64,000 bases of DNA from contig JAXLNO010000101.1 of NCBI GenBank assembly GCA_038087875.1, positions 1-64,000 of the forward strand, given 5' to 3'. The position numbers were made by a program, and so were the translations under genes. The DNA comes from Malacoraja senta (taxonomy: Eukaryota). The notes under the pieces were generated by a model. It saw only the letters and a program-made list of their open reading frames with translations. It had not been told where the DNA came from and ran no database searches. This document shows positions 13,325 to 25,098 of this stretch, piece by piece. How positions within the stretch are numbered: position 1 is the first letter of the stretch; each line of letters opens with the position of its first letter.

Positions 13325-14000
13325 AGTTGGTAAAGAAAGCTTTTACAAATGCTGGCCTTTACAAATCAGAGCATTGAATATAGCAGTTGGGATGTAATGT
13401 TAAAATTGTACAAGGCATTGGTGAGGCCAATTCTGGAGTATGGAGTACAATTTTGGTCGCCTAATTATAGGAAGGATGTCAACAAAATAGAGAGAGTACA
13501 GAGGAGATTTACTAGAATGTTGCCTGGGTTTCAGCAATTAAGTTACAGAGAAAGGTTAAACAAGTTAGGTCTTTATTCTTTGGAGCGCAGAAGGTTAAGA
13601 GGGGACTTGATAGAGGTCTTTAAAATTATGAGCGGGTTAGACAGAGTGGACGTGGATAAGCTTTTCCCATTGAGAGTAGGGAAGATTCAAAGAAGGGGAC
13701 ATGACTTGAGAATTAAGGGACAGAAGTTTAGGGGTAACATTAGGGGGAACTTCTTGACTCAGAGAGTGGTAGCTGCGTGGAATGAGCTTCCAGTGGAAGT
13801 GGTGGAGGCAGGTTCGATGTTATCCTTTAAAAATAGATTAGATGGGTATATGGACGGGAAAGGAATGGAGGGTTATGGTCTGAGTGCAGATAGATGGGAC
13901 TAGAGGGAACTAATTTTTTTTTTAATGTTCGGCACGGACTTGAAGGGCCGAGATGGCCTGTTTCCGTGCTGTTATGGTTATATGGTTATATGGTTATATG
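13325..14000 (+). mobile_element. CR1-clade LINE 3' fragment, copy 1
   Basis: ORF 13349-13903 encodes the ORF2 C-terminus (LYKALVRPILEYGVQFWSP, LERRRLRGDLIEVFKI, FLTQRVVAAWNELP). It has a GGCC-GAGAT-GGCC hairpin and a (GGTTATAT)n tail. A 3-bp GAA duplication is possible. Confidence 0.95.
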
Positions 14001-17000
14001 GAATCCAACCATTTTGCATTTTCAAACCAAACATTTTGCATTTTCAAACCAAACCACCATTTGCAGTGTCAAACCAAACATTAATTTGCATTTTTAAAGC
14101 AAACCTTTTGCATTTTCAAAGCAAACCTTTGCATTTCCAAAGCAAACCTATTGCATTGCCAAAGCAAACCTTTGTCATATTCAAACCAAACCTTTTGTAT
14201 TTTCAAACAAAACCTTTTGCATTTTCAAACCGAACCACCTTTTGCATTTTGAAACAAAACCACCATTACCATTTTCAAACCAAACCATCATATTGTATTT
14301 GCATACCAAACCACCTTTTGCATTTTCAAATCAAACCACATTTTGCATCTTCAAAGCAAACTAACTTTTGCATTTTCAAAGCCAACCTTTTGCATTTTCA
14401 AAGCAAACCTTTCCCATTTTCAAACCAAACCACCGTTTGCATTTCCAAACCATATCACAATTTGCATTTTCTACCCAAACCAGCTTTTGCATTTCCAAAG
14501 CAAACCACCTTTTTGCATTTTCAAAGCAAACCTTTTGCATTTTCAAACCAAACCTCCTTTTGCATTTTCAAAGCGAACTAACTTGTGCATTTTCAAAGCC
14601 AACCTTTTGCATTTTCAAAGCAAACCGTTTCCATTTTCAAACCAAACCACCTTTTGCATTTCCAAACCAAACCACCATATGCATTTTCAAACCAAACCAC
14701 CTTTTGCATTTTCAAACCAAACCACCATTTGCGTTTTCAAACCAAACCACAATTTGCGTTTTCAAACCACCATTTGCATTTTCAGACCAAACCGCCATTT
14801 GCATTTTGAATCCAATCATTTTGCATTTTCAAACCAAACATTTTGCATTTTCAAACCAAACCACCATTTGCAGTTTCAAACCAAACCTTCATTTGCATTT
14901 TCAAAGCAATCCTATTGCATTTTCAAAGCAAACCTTTGCATTTCCAAAGTAAACCTATTGCATTTCCAAAGCAAACCTTTGGCATATTCAAACCAAACCT
15001 TTTGTATTTTCAAACAAAACCTTTTGCATTTTCAAACCGAAATACCTTTTGCATTTTGAAACAAAACCACCATTTCCATTTTCAAACCAAACTATCATAT
15101 TGTATTTGCAAACCAAACCACATTTTGCATTTTCAAATCAAACCACATTTTGCATCTTCAAAGCAAACTAACTTTTGCATTTTCAAAGCCATCCTTTTGC
15201 ATTTTCAAAGCAAACCTTTCCCATTTTCAAACCAAACCACCGTTTGCATTTCCAAACCAAATCACAATTTGCATTTTCTACCCAAACCAGCTTTTGCATT
15301 TCCAAAGCAAACCACCTTTTTGCATTTTCAAAGGAAACCTTTTGCATTTTCAAACCAAACCTCCTTTTGCATTTTCAAAGCGAACTAACTTGTGCATTTT
15401 CAAAGCCAACCTTTTGCATTTTCAAAGCAAACCGTTTCCATTTTCAAACCAAACCACCTTTTGCATTTCCAAACCAAACCACCATATGCATTTTCAAACC
15501 AAACCACCTTTTGCATTTTCAAACCAAACCACCATTTGCGTTTTCAAACCAAACCACAATTTGCGTTTTCAAACCACCATTTGCATTTTCAAATCAAAAC
15601 AACATTTGCATTTTCATTCCAATCATTTTGCATTTTCAAATCAAACCTTTTGCATATTCAAACCAAACCACCATTTGATTTTTCAAACCAAACCACCATT
15701 TGCATTTTTAAACTAAACCTTATCATTTTCAAACCAAACCTTTTGCATTTTCAAACCAAACCCTTTCTATTTTCAAACCAAATCCTTTGCATTTTCAAAC
15801 CAAACCACCTTTTGCATTTTTAAAGCAAGCCATCATTTGCATTTTCAAAGCAAACCTTTTGCATTTTCAAACCAAACTTCCTTTTGCATTTTCAAAGCAA
15901 ACATTTTACATTTTTAAAGCAAACCTTTTGCATTTTCAACGCAAACCTTTTGCACTTTCAAAGCAAACCTTTTGCATTTTCAAAGCTAACCACCTTTTGC
16001 ATTTTCAAACCAAACCACCATTTGTATTTTTCAACCCAAACCACCATTTACATTTTAAAAGCAAACCACCTTTTGCAATTGAAAGCAAACCACTTATTGC
16101 ATTTTCAAAGTAAACCTTTTGCATTTTGAAAGTGAACCTTTTGTATTTAAAAAAAAAACATCCTTTTGCATTTTCAAACCAAACCACCATTTTCATTTTC
16201 AAACCGAACCATCATTTGCATTTTAAACAAAACCACCATTTGCATTTTGAAACCAAAACAAACCTTTTGCATTTTTAAAGCAAACCATCTGCATTTCCAA
16301 AGCTAACCTTTGTCATTTTCAAACCAAACCACCATTTACATTTTGTAACCAAACCACCATTTGCAAATTCAAACTAAATGTTTGCATTTTCAAACCAAAC
16401 CTTTTGCATTTTCAAACCAAAACTTTTGCATTTTCAAACCAAATCCTTTGCAATTTCAAACCAAACCACCTTTTGCATTTTCAAACAAAACCTCCATTTG
16501 CATTTTCAAACCATACCACCATTTTGCATTTTCAAAACAAACTACCTTTTGCATTTTCAAACCAAACCCCCTTTTGCATTTTCAAAGTAAAACTTTTGCA
16601 TTTTAAAACCAAACCTCCGTTTGCATTTACAAAGCAAACCTTTTGCTTTTTCAAACCAAACATCCTTTTGCATTTTCAAAGCAAACCTTTTGCATTTTGA
16701 AAGCAAACCTTTTGCATTTTCAAAGCAAACCTTTAGCACTTTCAAATCTTTTGTATTTTCAAAGAAAACGACCTATTGCATTTTCAAAGAAAACCTCCTG
16801 TTGCATATTCAAAGTAAACATTTTGCATTTTCAAAGCAAACCTTTTGCATTTTCAAACCAAACCACCTTTTGCATTTCCATACCAAACCACCATTGCAAT
16901 TTCAAACCAAACCAAATTTTGTATTTTCAAAGCAAATCTTTTGCATTTTCAAACCAAACCAGCATTTGCATTTTCAAACAAAACCACGAGATGCATTTTC

Positions 17001-17343
17001 AAACCAAACCACCATTTTGCATTTTCAAACCAAACCACCTTTTGCATTTTCAAACCAAACCACCTTTTTGCATTTTCAAAGCAAACTAACTTGTGCATTT
17101 TCAAAGCCAACCGTTTGCATTTTCAAAGCAAACCGTTTCCATTTTCAAACCAAACCACCTTTTGCATTTCCAAACCAAACCACCATATGCATTTTCAAAC
17201 TAAACCACCTTTTGCATTTTCAAACCAAACCATCATATGCGTTTTCAAACCAAACCATCATTTGCGTTTTCAAACCAAACCACAATTTGCGTTTTCAAAC
17301 CACCATTTGCATTTTCAGATCAAACCGCCATTTGCATTTTGAA
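14001..17343 (+). repeat. 22/25-bp satellite, with the 807-bp higher-order repeat at ~14001-15590
   Basis: The ORF pairs 14343/15150 and 14585/15392 are offset by 807. Confidence 0.95.
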
Positions 17344-18021
17344 AGTTGGTAAAGAAAGCTTTTACAAATGCTGGCCTTTACAAATCAGAGCATTGAATAT
17401 AGCAGTTGGGATGTAATGTTAAAATTGTACAAGGCATTGGTGAGGCCAATTCTGGAGTATGGAGTACAATTTTGGTCGCCTAATTATAGGAAGGATGTCA
17501 ACAAAATAGAGAGAGTACAGAGGAGATTTACTAGAATGTTGCCTGGGTTTCAGCAATTAAGTTACAGAGAAAGGTTAAACAAGTTAGGTCTTTATTCTTT
17601 GGAGCGCAGAAGGTTAAGAGGGGACTTGATAGAGGTCTTTAAAATTATGAGCGGGTTAGACAGAGTGGACGTGGATAAGCTTTTCCCATTGAGAGTAGGG
17701 AAGATTCAAAGAAGGGGACATGACTTGAGAATTAAGGGACAGAAGTTTAGGGGTAACATTAGGGGGAACTTCTTGACTCAGAGATTGGTAGCTGCGTGGA
17801 ATGAGCTTCCAGTGGAAGTGGTGGAGGCAGGTTCGATGTTATCCTTTAAAAATAGATTAGATGGGTATATGGACGGGAAAGGAATGGAGGGTTATGGTCT
17901 GAGTGCAGATAGATGGGACTAGAGGGAACTAATTTTTTTTTTTTAATGTTCGGCACGGACTTGAAGGGCCGAGATGGCCTGTTTCCGTGCTGTTATGGTT
18001 ATATGGTTATATGGTTATATG
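17344..18021 (+). mobile_element. CR1-clade LINE 3' fragment, copy 2
   Basis: Same truncation point, flanks and tail as 13325-14000. Visible differences are one V/L codon change and T12 versus T10. Confidence 0.95.
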
Positions 18022-20989
18022 GAATCCAACCATTTTGCATTTTCAAACCAAACATTTTGCATTTTCAAACCAAACCACCATTTGCAGTGTCAAACCAAAC
18101 ATTAATTTGCATTTTTAAAGCAAACCTTTTGCATTTTCAAAGCAAACCTTTGCATTTCCAAAGCAAACCTATTGCATTGCCAAAGCAAACCTTTGTCATA
18201 TTCAAACCAAACCTTTTGTATTTTCAAACAAAACCTTTTGCATTTTCAAACCGAACCACCTTTTGCATTTTGAAACAAAACCACCATTACCATTTTCAAA
18301 CCAAACCATCATATTGTATTTGCATACCAAACCACCTTTTGCATTTTCAAATCAAACCACATTTTGCATCTTCAAAGCAAACTAACTTTTGCATTTTCAA
18401 AGCAAACCTTTCCCATTTTCAAACCAAACCACCGTTTGCATTTCCAAACCAAATCACAATTTGCATTTTCTACCCAAACCAGCTTTTGCATTTCCAAAGC
18501 AAACCACCTTTTTGCATTTTCAAAGCAAACCTTTTGCATTTTCAAACCAAACCTCCTTTTGCATTTTCAAAGCGAACTAACTTGTGCATTTTCAAAGCCA
18601 ACCTTTTGCATTTTCAAAGCAAACCGTTTCCATTTTCAAACCAAACCACCTTTTGCATTTCCAAACCAAACCACCATATGCATTTTCAAACCAAACCACC
18701 TTTTGCATTTTCAAACCAAACCACCATTTGCGTTTTCAAACCAAACCACAATTTGCGTTTTCAAACCACCATTTGCATTTTCAGACCAAACCGCCATTTG
18801 CATTTTGAATCCAATCATTTTGCATTTTCAAACCAAACATTTTGCATTTTCAAACCAAACCACCATTTGCAGTTTCAAACCAAACCTTCATTTGCATTTT
18901 CAAAGCAATCCTATTGCATTTTCAAAGCAAACCTTTGCATTTCCAAAGTAAACCTATTGCATTTCCAAAGCAAACCTTTGGCATATTCAAACCAAACCTT
19001 TTGTATTTTCAAACAAAACCTTTTGCATTTTCAAACCGAAATACCTTTTGCATTTTGAAACAAAACCACCATTTCCATTTTCAAACCAAACTATCATATT
19101 GTATTTGCAAACCAAACCACATTTTGCATTTTCAAATCAAACCACATTTTGCATCTTCAAAGCAAACTAACTTTTGCATTTTCAAAGCCATCCTTTTGCA
19201 TTTTCAAAGCAAACCTTTCCCATTTTCAAACCAAAGCACCGTTTGCATTTCCAAACCAAATCACAATTTGCATTTTCTACCCAAACCAGCTTTTGCATTT
19301 CCAAAGCAAACCACCTTTTTGCATTTTCAAAGCAAACCTTTTGCATTTTCAAACCAAACCTCCTTTTGCATTTTCAAAGCGAACTAACTTGTGCATTTTC
19401 AAAGCCAACCTTTTGCATTTTCAAAGCAAACCGTTTCCATTTTCAAACCAAACCACCTTTTGCATTTCCAAACCAAACCACCATATGCATTTTCAAACCA
19501 AACCACCTTTTGCATTTTCAAACCAAACCACCATTTGCGTTTTCAAACCAAACCACAATTTGCGTTTTCAAACCACCATTTGCATTTTCAGACCAAACCG
19601 CCATTTGCATTTTGAATCCAATCATTTTGCATTTTCAAACCAAACATTTTGCATTTTCAAACCAAACCACCATTTGCAGTTTCAAACCAAACCTTCATTT
19701 GCATTTTCAAAGCAATCCTATTGCATTTTCAAAGCAAACCTTTGCATTTCCAAAGTAAACCTATTGCATTTCCAAAGCAAACCTTTGGCATATTCAAACC
19801 AAACCTTTTGTATTTTCAAACAAAACCTTTTGCATTTTCAAACCGAAATACCTTTTGCATTTTGAAACAAAACCACCATTTCCATTTTCAAACCAAACTA
19901 TCATATTGTATTTGCAAACCAAACCACATTTTGCATTTTCAAATCAAACCACATTTTGCATCTTCAAAGCAAACTAACTTTTGCATTTTCAAAGCCATCC
20001 TTTTGCATTTTCAAAGCAAACCTTTCCCATTTTCAAACCAAACCACCGTTTGCATTTCCAAACCAAATCACAATTTGCATTTTCAAACCAAACCAGCTTT
20101 TGCATTTCCAAAGCAAACCACCTTTTTGCATTTTCAAAGCAAACCTTTTGCATTTTCAAACCAAACCTCCTTTTGCATTTTCAAAGCGAACTAACTTGTG
20201 CATTTTCAAAGCCAACCGTTTGCATTTTCAAAGCAAACCGTTTCCATTTTCAAACCAAACCACCTTTTGCATTTCCAAACCAAACCACCATATGCATTTT
20301 CAAACCAAACCACCTTTTGCATTTTCAAACCAAACCACCATTTGCGTTTTCAAACCAAACCACAATTTGCGTTTTCAAACCACCATTTGCATTTTCAGAC
20401 CAAACCGCCATTTGCATTTTGAATCCAATCATTTTGCATTTTCAAACCAAACATTTTGCATTTTCAAACCAAACCACCATTTGCAGTTTCAAACCAAACC
20501 TTCATTTGCATTTTCAAAGCAAACCTTTTGCATTTTCAAAGCAAACCTATGCATTTCCAAAGCAAACCTATTGCATTTCCAAAGCAAATCTTTGGCATAT
20601 TCAAACCAAACCTTTTGTATTTTCAAACAAAACCTTTTGCATTTTCAAACCGAACTACCTTTTGCATTTTGAAACAAAACCACCATTTCCATTTTCAAAC
20701 CAAACCATCATATTGTATTTGCAAACCAAACCATCTTTTGCATTTTCAAATCAAACCACATTTTGCATTTTCAAAGCAAACTAACTTTTGCATTTTCAAA
20801 GCCATCCTTTTGCATTTTCAAAGCAAACCTTTCCCATTTTCACACCAAACCACCGTTTGCATTTCCAAACCAAATCACAATTTGCATTTTCAAACCAAAC
20901 CAGATTTTGCATTTCCAAAGCAAACCACCTTTTTGCATTTTCAAAGCAAACCTTTTGCGTTTTCAAACCAAACCTCCTTTTGCATTTTC
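18022..20989 (+). repeat. 22/25-bp satellite organised as an 807-bp higher-order repeat (~3.7 copies)
   Basis: The ORF series 18584/19391/20198 and 18842/19649/20456 are spaced 807 bp apart. Confidence 0.95.
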
Positions 20990-23900
20990 TATTTTTGTTT
21001 TGTTTTTGTTTTATTAGAAGTAAGTACAATTGTATACAATCATATTTTCATAATACATTTTAAGTAGAGCTTCTCGTTTTTTTAATTTTATAATAAAGAA
21101 GAAAAAGAAAAAGAAGTTAAATAATGAAAAATAGAAATATGTGAGATATATAGTGTGTGAGAAAAAAAATAGAGAGTGAAAAAAGAAAGTTAAGAAATAG
21201 AAAATAGAAGGAAGAGAGTAAAAGAAGAAAAGAGAAGAAAAAGAAAAAAGGAGTAAGGTTCGTATTTGTAACTTGACCATCCCTCACCCAGTCACGGATT
21301 AGCTTTTACACTTGTGTTGCACCATATGATTCCAAAAACACGACAAATGGAGACCAACTCGTTATGAATTGGTCAAATTTATCTGTTACGAGGAATCGCA
21401 TTTCCTCAAGATGTGCGGTATCCAACATACTTGTAATCCACATTTTGAGCGTTTGTATTGGTGTATTTTTCCAAAATTTAAATATACATTTTTTTGCTAT
21501 TATTAAACCATAATTAAAAAATAATTTTTGAGATGGGTTCAATTTGTTCCCATCTTCCATTACCCCGAATATAATCAATTCATTATTGGGTTCCATTTTT
21601 ATCTTAAATAATTTTGTGAATATTTCAAAAATATCACTCCAAAATCTCTGAAGTTTTATACAAGAAACAAAGGAGTGTGTTATAGTTGCGTCTTTTATTA
21701 GACATTTATCGCAAATGGGGGATATATTTGGATAACATTTATTTAATCTTGTTTTTGAGTAATATAATCTATGTAAAATTTTAAATTGAATTAGCTTATG
21801 TCTTGCATTAATCGAACATTTGTGAATGTATGTCAAATACTTTTCCCATGTAGCCTTCGTAATTTTTATCAATAATTCCCGTTCCCACTCTTCTCTGATT
21901 ACCTCGGTCGCAGGTAAATCTATATTTAAAATACTATTATATAAATATGATAATAATTTTTGTGTATCAGCTTTAATATTCATTACTTCTTCTAGTAAAT
22001 CAGGAGTTATTTTTTGATATCCCTGTATGTATGTCTTCAAAAAATTGCAAATCTGAAAATATTTAAAATAATGATGGTTTTTCAATTTAAATTGTAATTG
22101 TAATTGTTGAAATGATAGTAAATCTCCCATTTCATACATGTCCCCGATCCTTTTAATTCCTAAACTTTCCCATTGATTATATATTTTATCCATCATAGAT
22201 GGTTTAAATAAAGGATTATTCGCTATCGGTGTTAACAATGATAGGTTTCTTAGTTTTAAAGATAGTTTTATTTGTTTCCATATTCTTATTGTATCTTGTA
22301 TAATTGGGTTCTTCTTATATATTGTATTGTTCATTTTTTCGGGGAGAAGAGGATCGTTCCTATATTACAAGGAAAACAATCTTCTTTCTCCATTTTTATC
22401 CATTCTGTCTGTTGGGTTGAACTATCCAACCAGTAAATTATATTCTTAATATGTATTGCCCAGTAGTAATACAGAAAATTCGGGAGTGAAAGTCCCCCGA
22501 CATCCTTTGGTTTACATAAGTGTTCTTTATTAATTCTATGTGATTTATAGTCCCAAACAAAATTTGTAATATTAGCGTTTAATTTAGAAAAAACATATTT
22601 TGGTACATATACTGGTATAGACTGAAATAAGTATAATAACTGTGGTATGACGCTCATTTTAATAGCATTTATTCTGCCTATTAATGATAAAGGGAGTGTT
22701 TTCCAAAATTTAATCATTATATTAAGTTTATTTATTAGGCATATAAAATTGGCGATGAATAAAGCTTTATGTTTTCTAGTAATCTGAATACCCAGATATT
22801 TAAATTTTTCTGTTGCTATTTTAAAGAGGAACTTCAATAAGTGTATAGATTCTTGAGGTTTTAACGTCATGATTTCACTTTTGTTCCAATTTATTCTATA
22901 TCCAGAAAAGGACCCAAATTCCTCTATTAAGTTTAATAGATTTGGTATGCTCGTTTGTGAATTTGTTATATATAACAGAATATCGTCTGCATATAAAGAC
23001 ATTTTATTATTTGAGTCCCTAGTATTATAACCCTGAATATTCGGATGGCTTCTTATACTTTCAGCCAGAGGTTCTATCATAAGGGCAAATAGCAGGGGTG
23101 ATAAAGCATATCCCTGCCTATTACCCCTTGATAATTGAAATTTTTGAGATAACATGCTATTAGTTAATATTCTTGCCATCGGTTTATCATATAATAATTT
23201 CACCCATGCAATAAAATTCTCTCCCATATTAAATTGTTTTAATACTTTGTATAAATACTGCCATTCTACCTGATCAAATGCTTTCTCTGCGTCCAAAGAA
23301 ATAATTGATAAGTCTTCTTCCTCCACTTTATGTGAGTACATTATATTAAACAGGCGTCTCAAATTATTAAATTAATATCTTTTGGGTATAAACCCCGTTT
23401 GATCAGTGTTTATCAATTTACTAATATATTTGCTTAGTCTTCTGGATAAAGTCTTTGCTAGAATTTTCTGATCTGTATTTAAAAGTGATATAGCTCTATA
23501 TGAGCCCGGTTCCTCTAGATCTTTATCTTTCTTTGGAATAAGCGTAATAGTTGATTCTGCTAGTGTTTCAGGTAATTTATTTTCTTTAAAAACGTGAGTA
23601 TATAAATTAAATAGATAAGGGGTCGTTATCTCATGATTTTTTTAATAACATTCATTACTAAAACCATCTGGTCCCGGTGTCTTACCATTTTTCAACGATT
23701 TTATTGTTTCGCCTATTTCTTCGATTGTAATTTGCGCTCCTAGTTCTTCTTGTTCCAAAGGGTCAAGTTTTGGTAGATTACATTTATCTAATTTTTTTTT
23801 AATTTTACTATCTTCTGTTTTTGTTTTTGATGTGTATAAATTTAGATAAAATTGAGCAAATCTTTTATTAATATCTTTAGGTAGTGTTAGTAATTCACCA

Positions 23901-25098
23901 TTCTCGGATTTAATTTTATTTATAGTATTTTCCTTTTCTTGTTTTTTCAGTTGACGCGCCAACAGCTTATGTGGTTTGTCACCAAACTCAAAATGTTCCT
24001 GTTTTGTAATTTGGAATAATCTTATTACTCTTGCCGAGAGAATTCGGTTAAGTTTAAATTTCAGTAATATTATCTTATTATGTTTATCTATAGTGGGATC
24101 TTTAGCATTATCTAATTATATTTGTCTTATTTCTTGTTCTAACAACATTTGTTCTGTTTTATTCTTTTTTTTTGAAAAATTTCATATGAAATTATAATTT
24201 CTCTGATAAATGCTTTAAAAGGTTCCCATAGTAAAGAAGGTGAGGTACCTGGTATATCATTTATCTCCAAAAATAATTGCATTTGTTGTTTTAAGTATTG
24301 ATAACCCTGTAAGTCATTTAATATATATGCATTAAACCTTCAAAAAAAGTTTTTACCCGGCATTCCCTCAAATTTTACTGAAAAAGTCAACGGAGAGTGG
24401 TCAGAGATACTACTAATGTGATATGTTGGATTAATTATATATGGCATTAATTTCATATCCACTAAAATATAATCAATTCTTGAGTATGTTTTATGTACCG
24501 AAGAGTAAAACGAATATTCCCTTCCTGCTGGATTAGCAGATCTCCATACATCTATTATATTAGTATTTTTTATATATGTCTTTAGAAGTTCACTAGTCTT
24601 AGATTTTATATTACTCCTTCTTTGTTTTACTGATTTGTCTAAATATGGATCTAAAACACAGTTGAAATCCCCCATTATTATCACATTTTGATACTTAAAC
24701 TCCAGTATTATATCTATAATGTTATCAACAAATTGAGGGTTATCAAATTTTGGAGCGGAAATATTTACCATAGTTATTGGGATAGCATAAATTTCTCCCG
24801 AAACTGTGATATACCTTCCATCTATATCTGATATAGTATTCCTTAATTTGAACAGTATGCCTTTTCGGATAAGAATAGCCGTACCTCTAGATTTAGAAGT
24901 AAATGACGAATAATATGTTTGGCCTTTCTTTGCCTTCGCCTTTAATCTCATTTGTGTTTCCTGTTTCATGTGAGTTTCTTGCAAGTAAATTATGTCGCTT
25001 TTCAAAGATTTTAGGCGAGCAAAAATTTTACCCCTCTTTAGTGGTTCATTGGCACCCCTTATATTCCAACTACAGAATGTGATTCCTCCGTTCTTTAT
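20990..25098 (-). mobile_element. 5'-truncated L1-clade LINE (ORF2, 3' UTR and degenerate poly(A)); ORF1 absent
   Basis: AATAAA plus an A-rich tail lie at 20990-21015 on the minus strand. A candidate 15-bp TSD, TCCTTTTGCATTTTC, is at 20975-20989 and 25099-25113 (ambiguous because it is satellite sequence). EN, RT and CCHC motifs are present. Confidence 0.95.
21306..25098 (-). pseudogene. L1 ORF2 (APE endonuclease, RT, C-terminal Cys-rich domain), multiple frameshifts/stops
   Basis: EN motifs: SWNIRG, YLQETH, GDFN, SRIDY, SDHSP. RT motifs: KTPGPDG, SLDAEKAFD, RQGYALSPLLF, LYADD, KYLGI. C-terminal motif: CDKC-x8-H-x4-C. Confidence 0.93.

Larger units (their letters stand above)
11471..19590 (+). 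repeat. ~4.0-4.1 kb tandem duplication (11471-15586 and 15587-19590) including a CR1 fragment
   Basis: Offsets are 4116, 4044, 4019-4021 and 3999 (ORF pairs 11671/15787, 12317/16361, 13349/17368, 14585/18584). The copies share an A-run at ~12105/16149. Confidence 0.93.

Noticed and set aside
21014..21280. Phe-rich 88-aa membrane-like ORF
   Set aside because: It is the T-rich 3' UTR of the L1 element.
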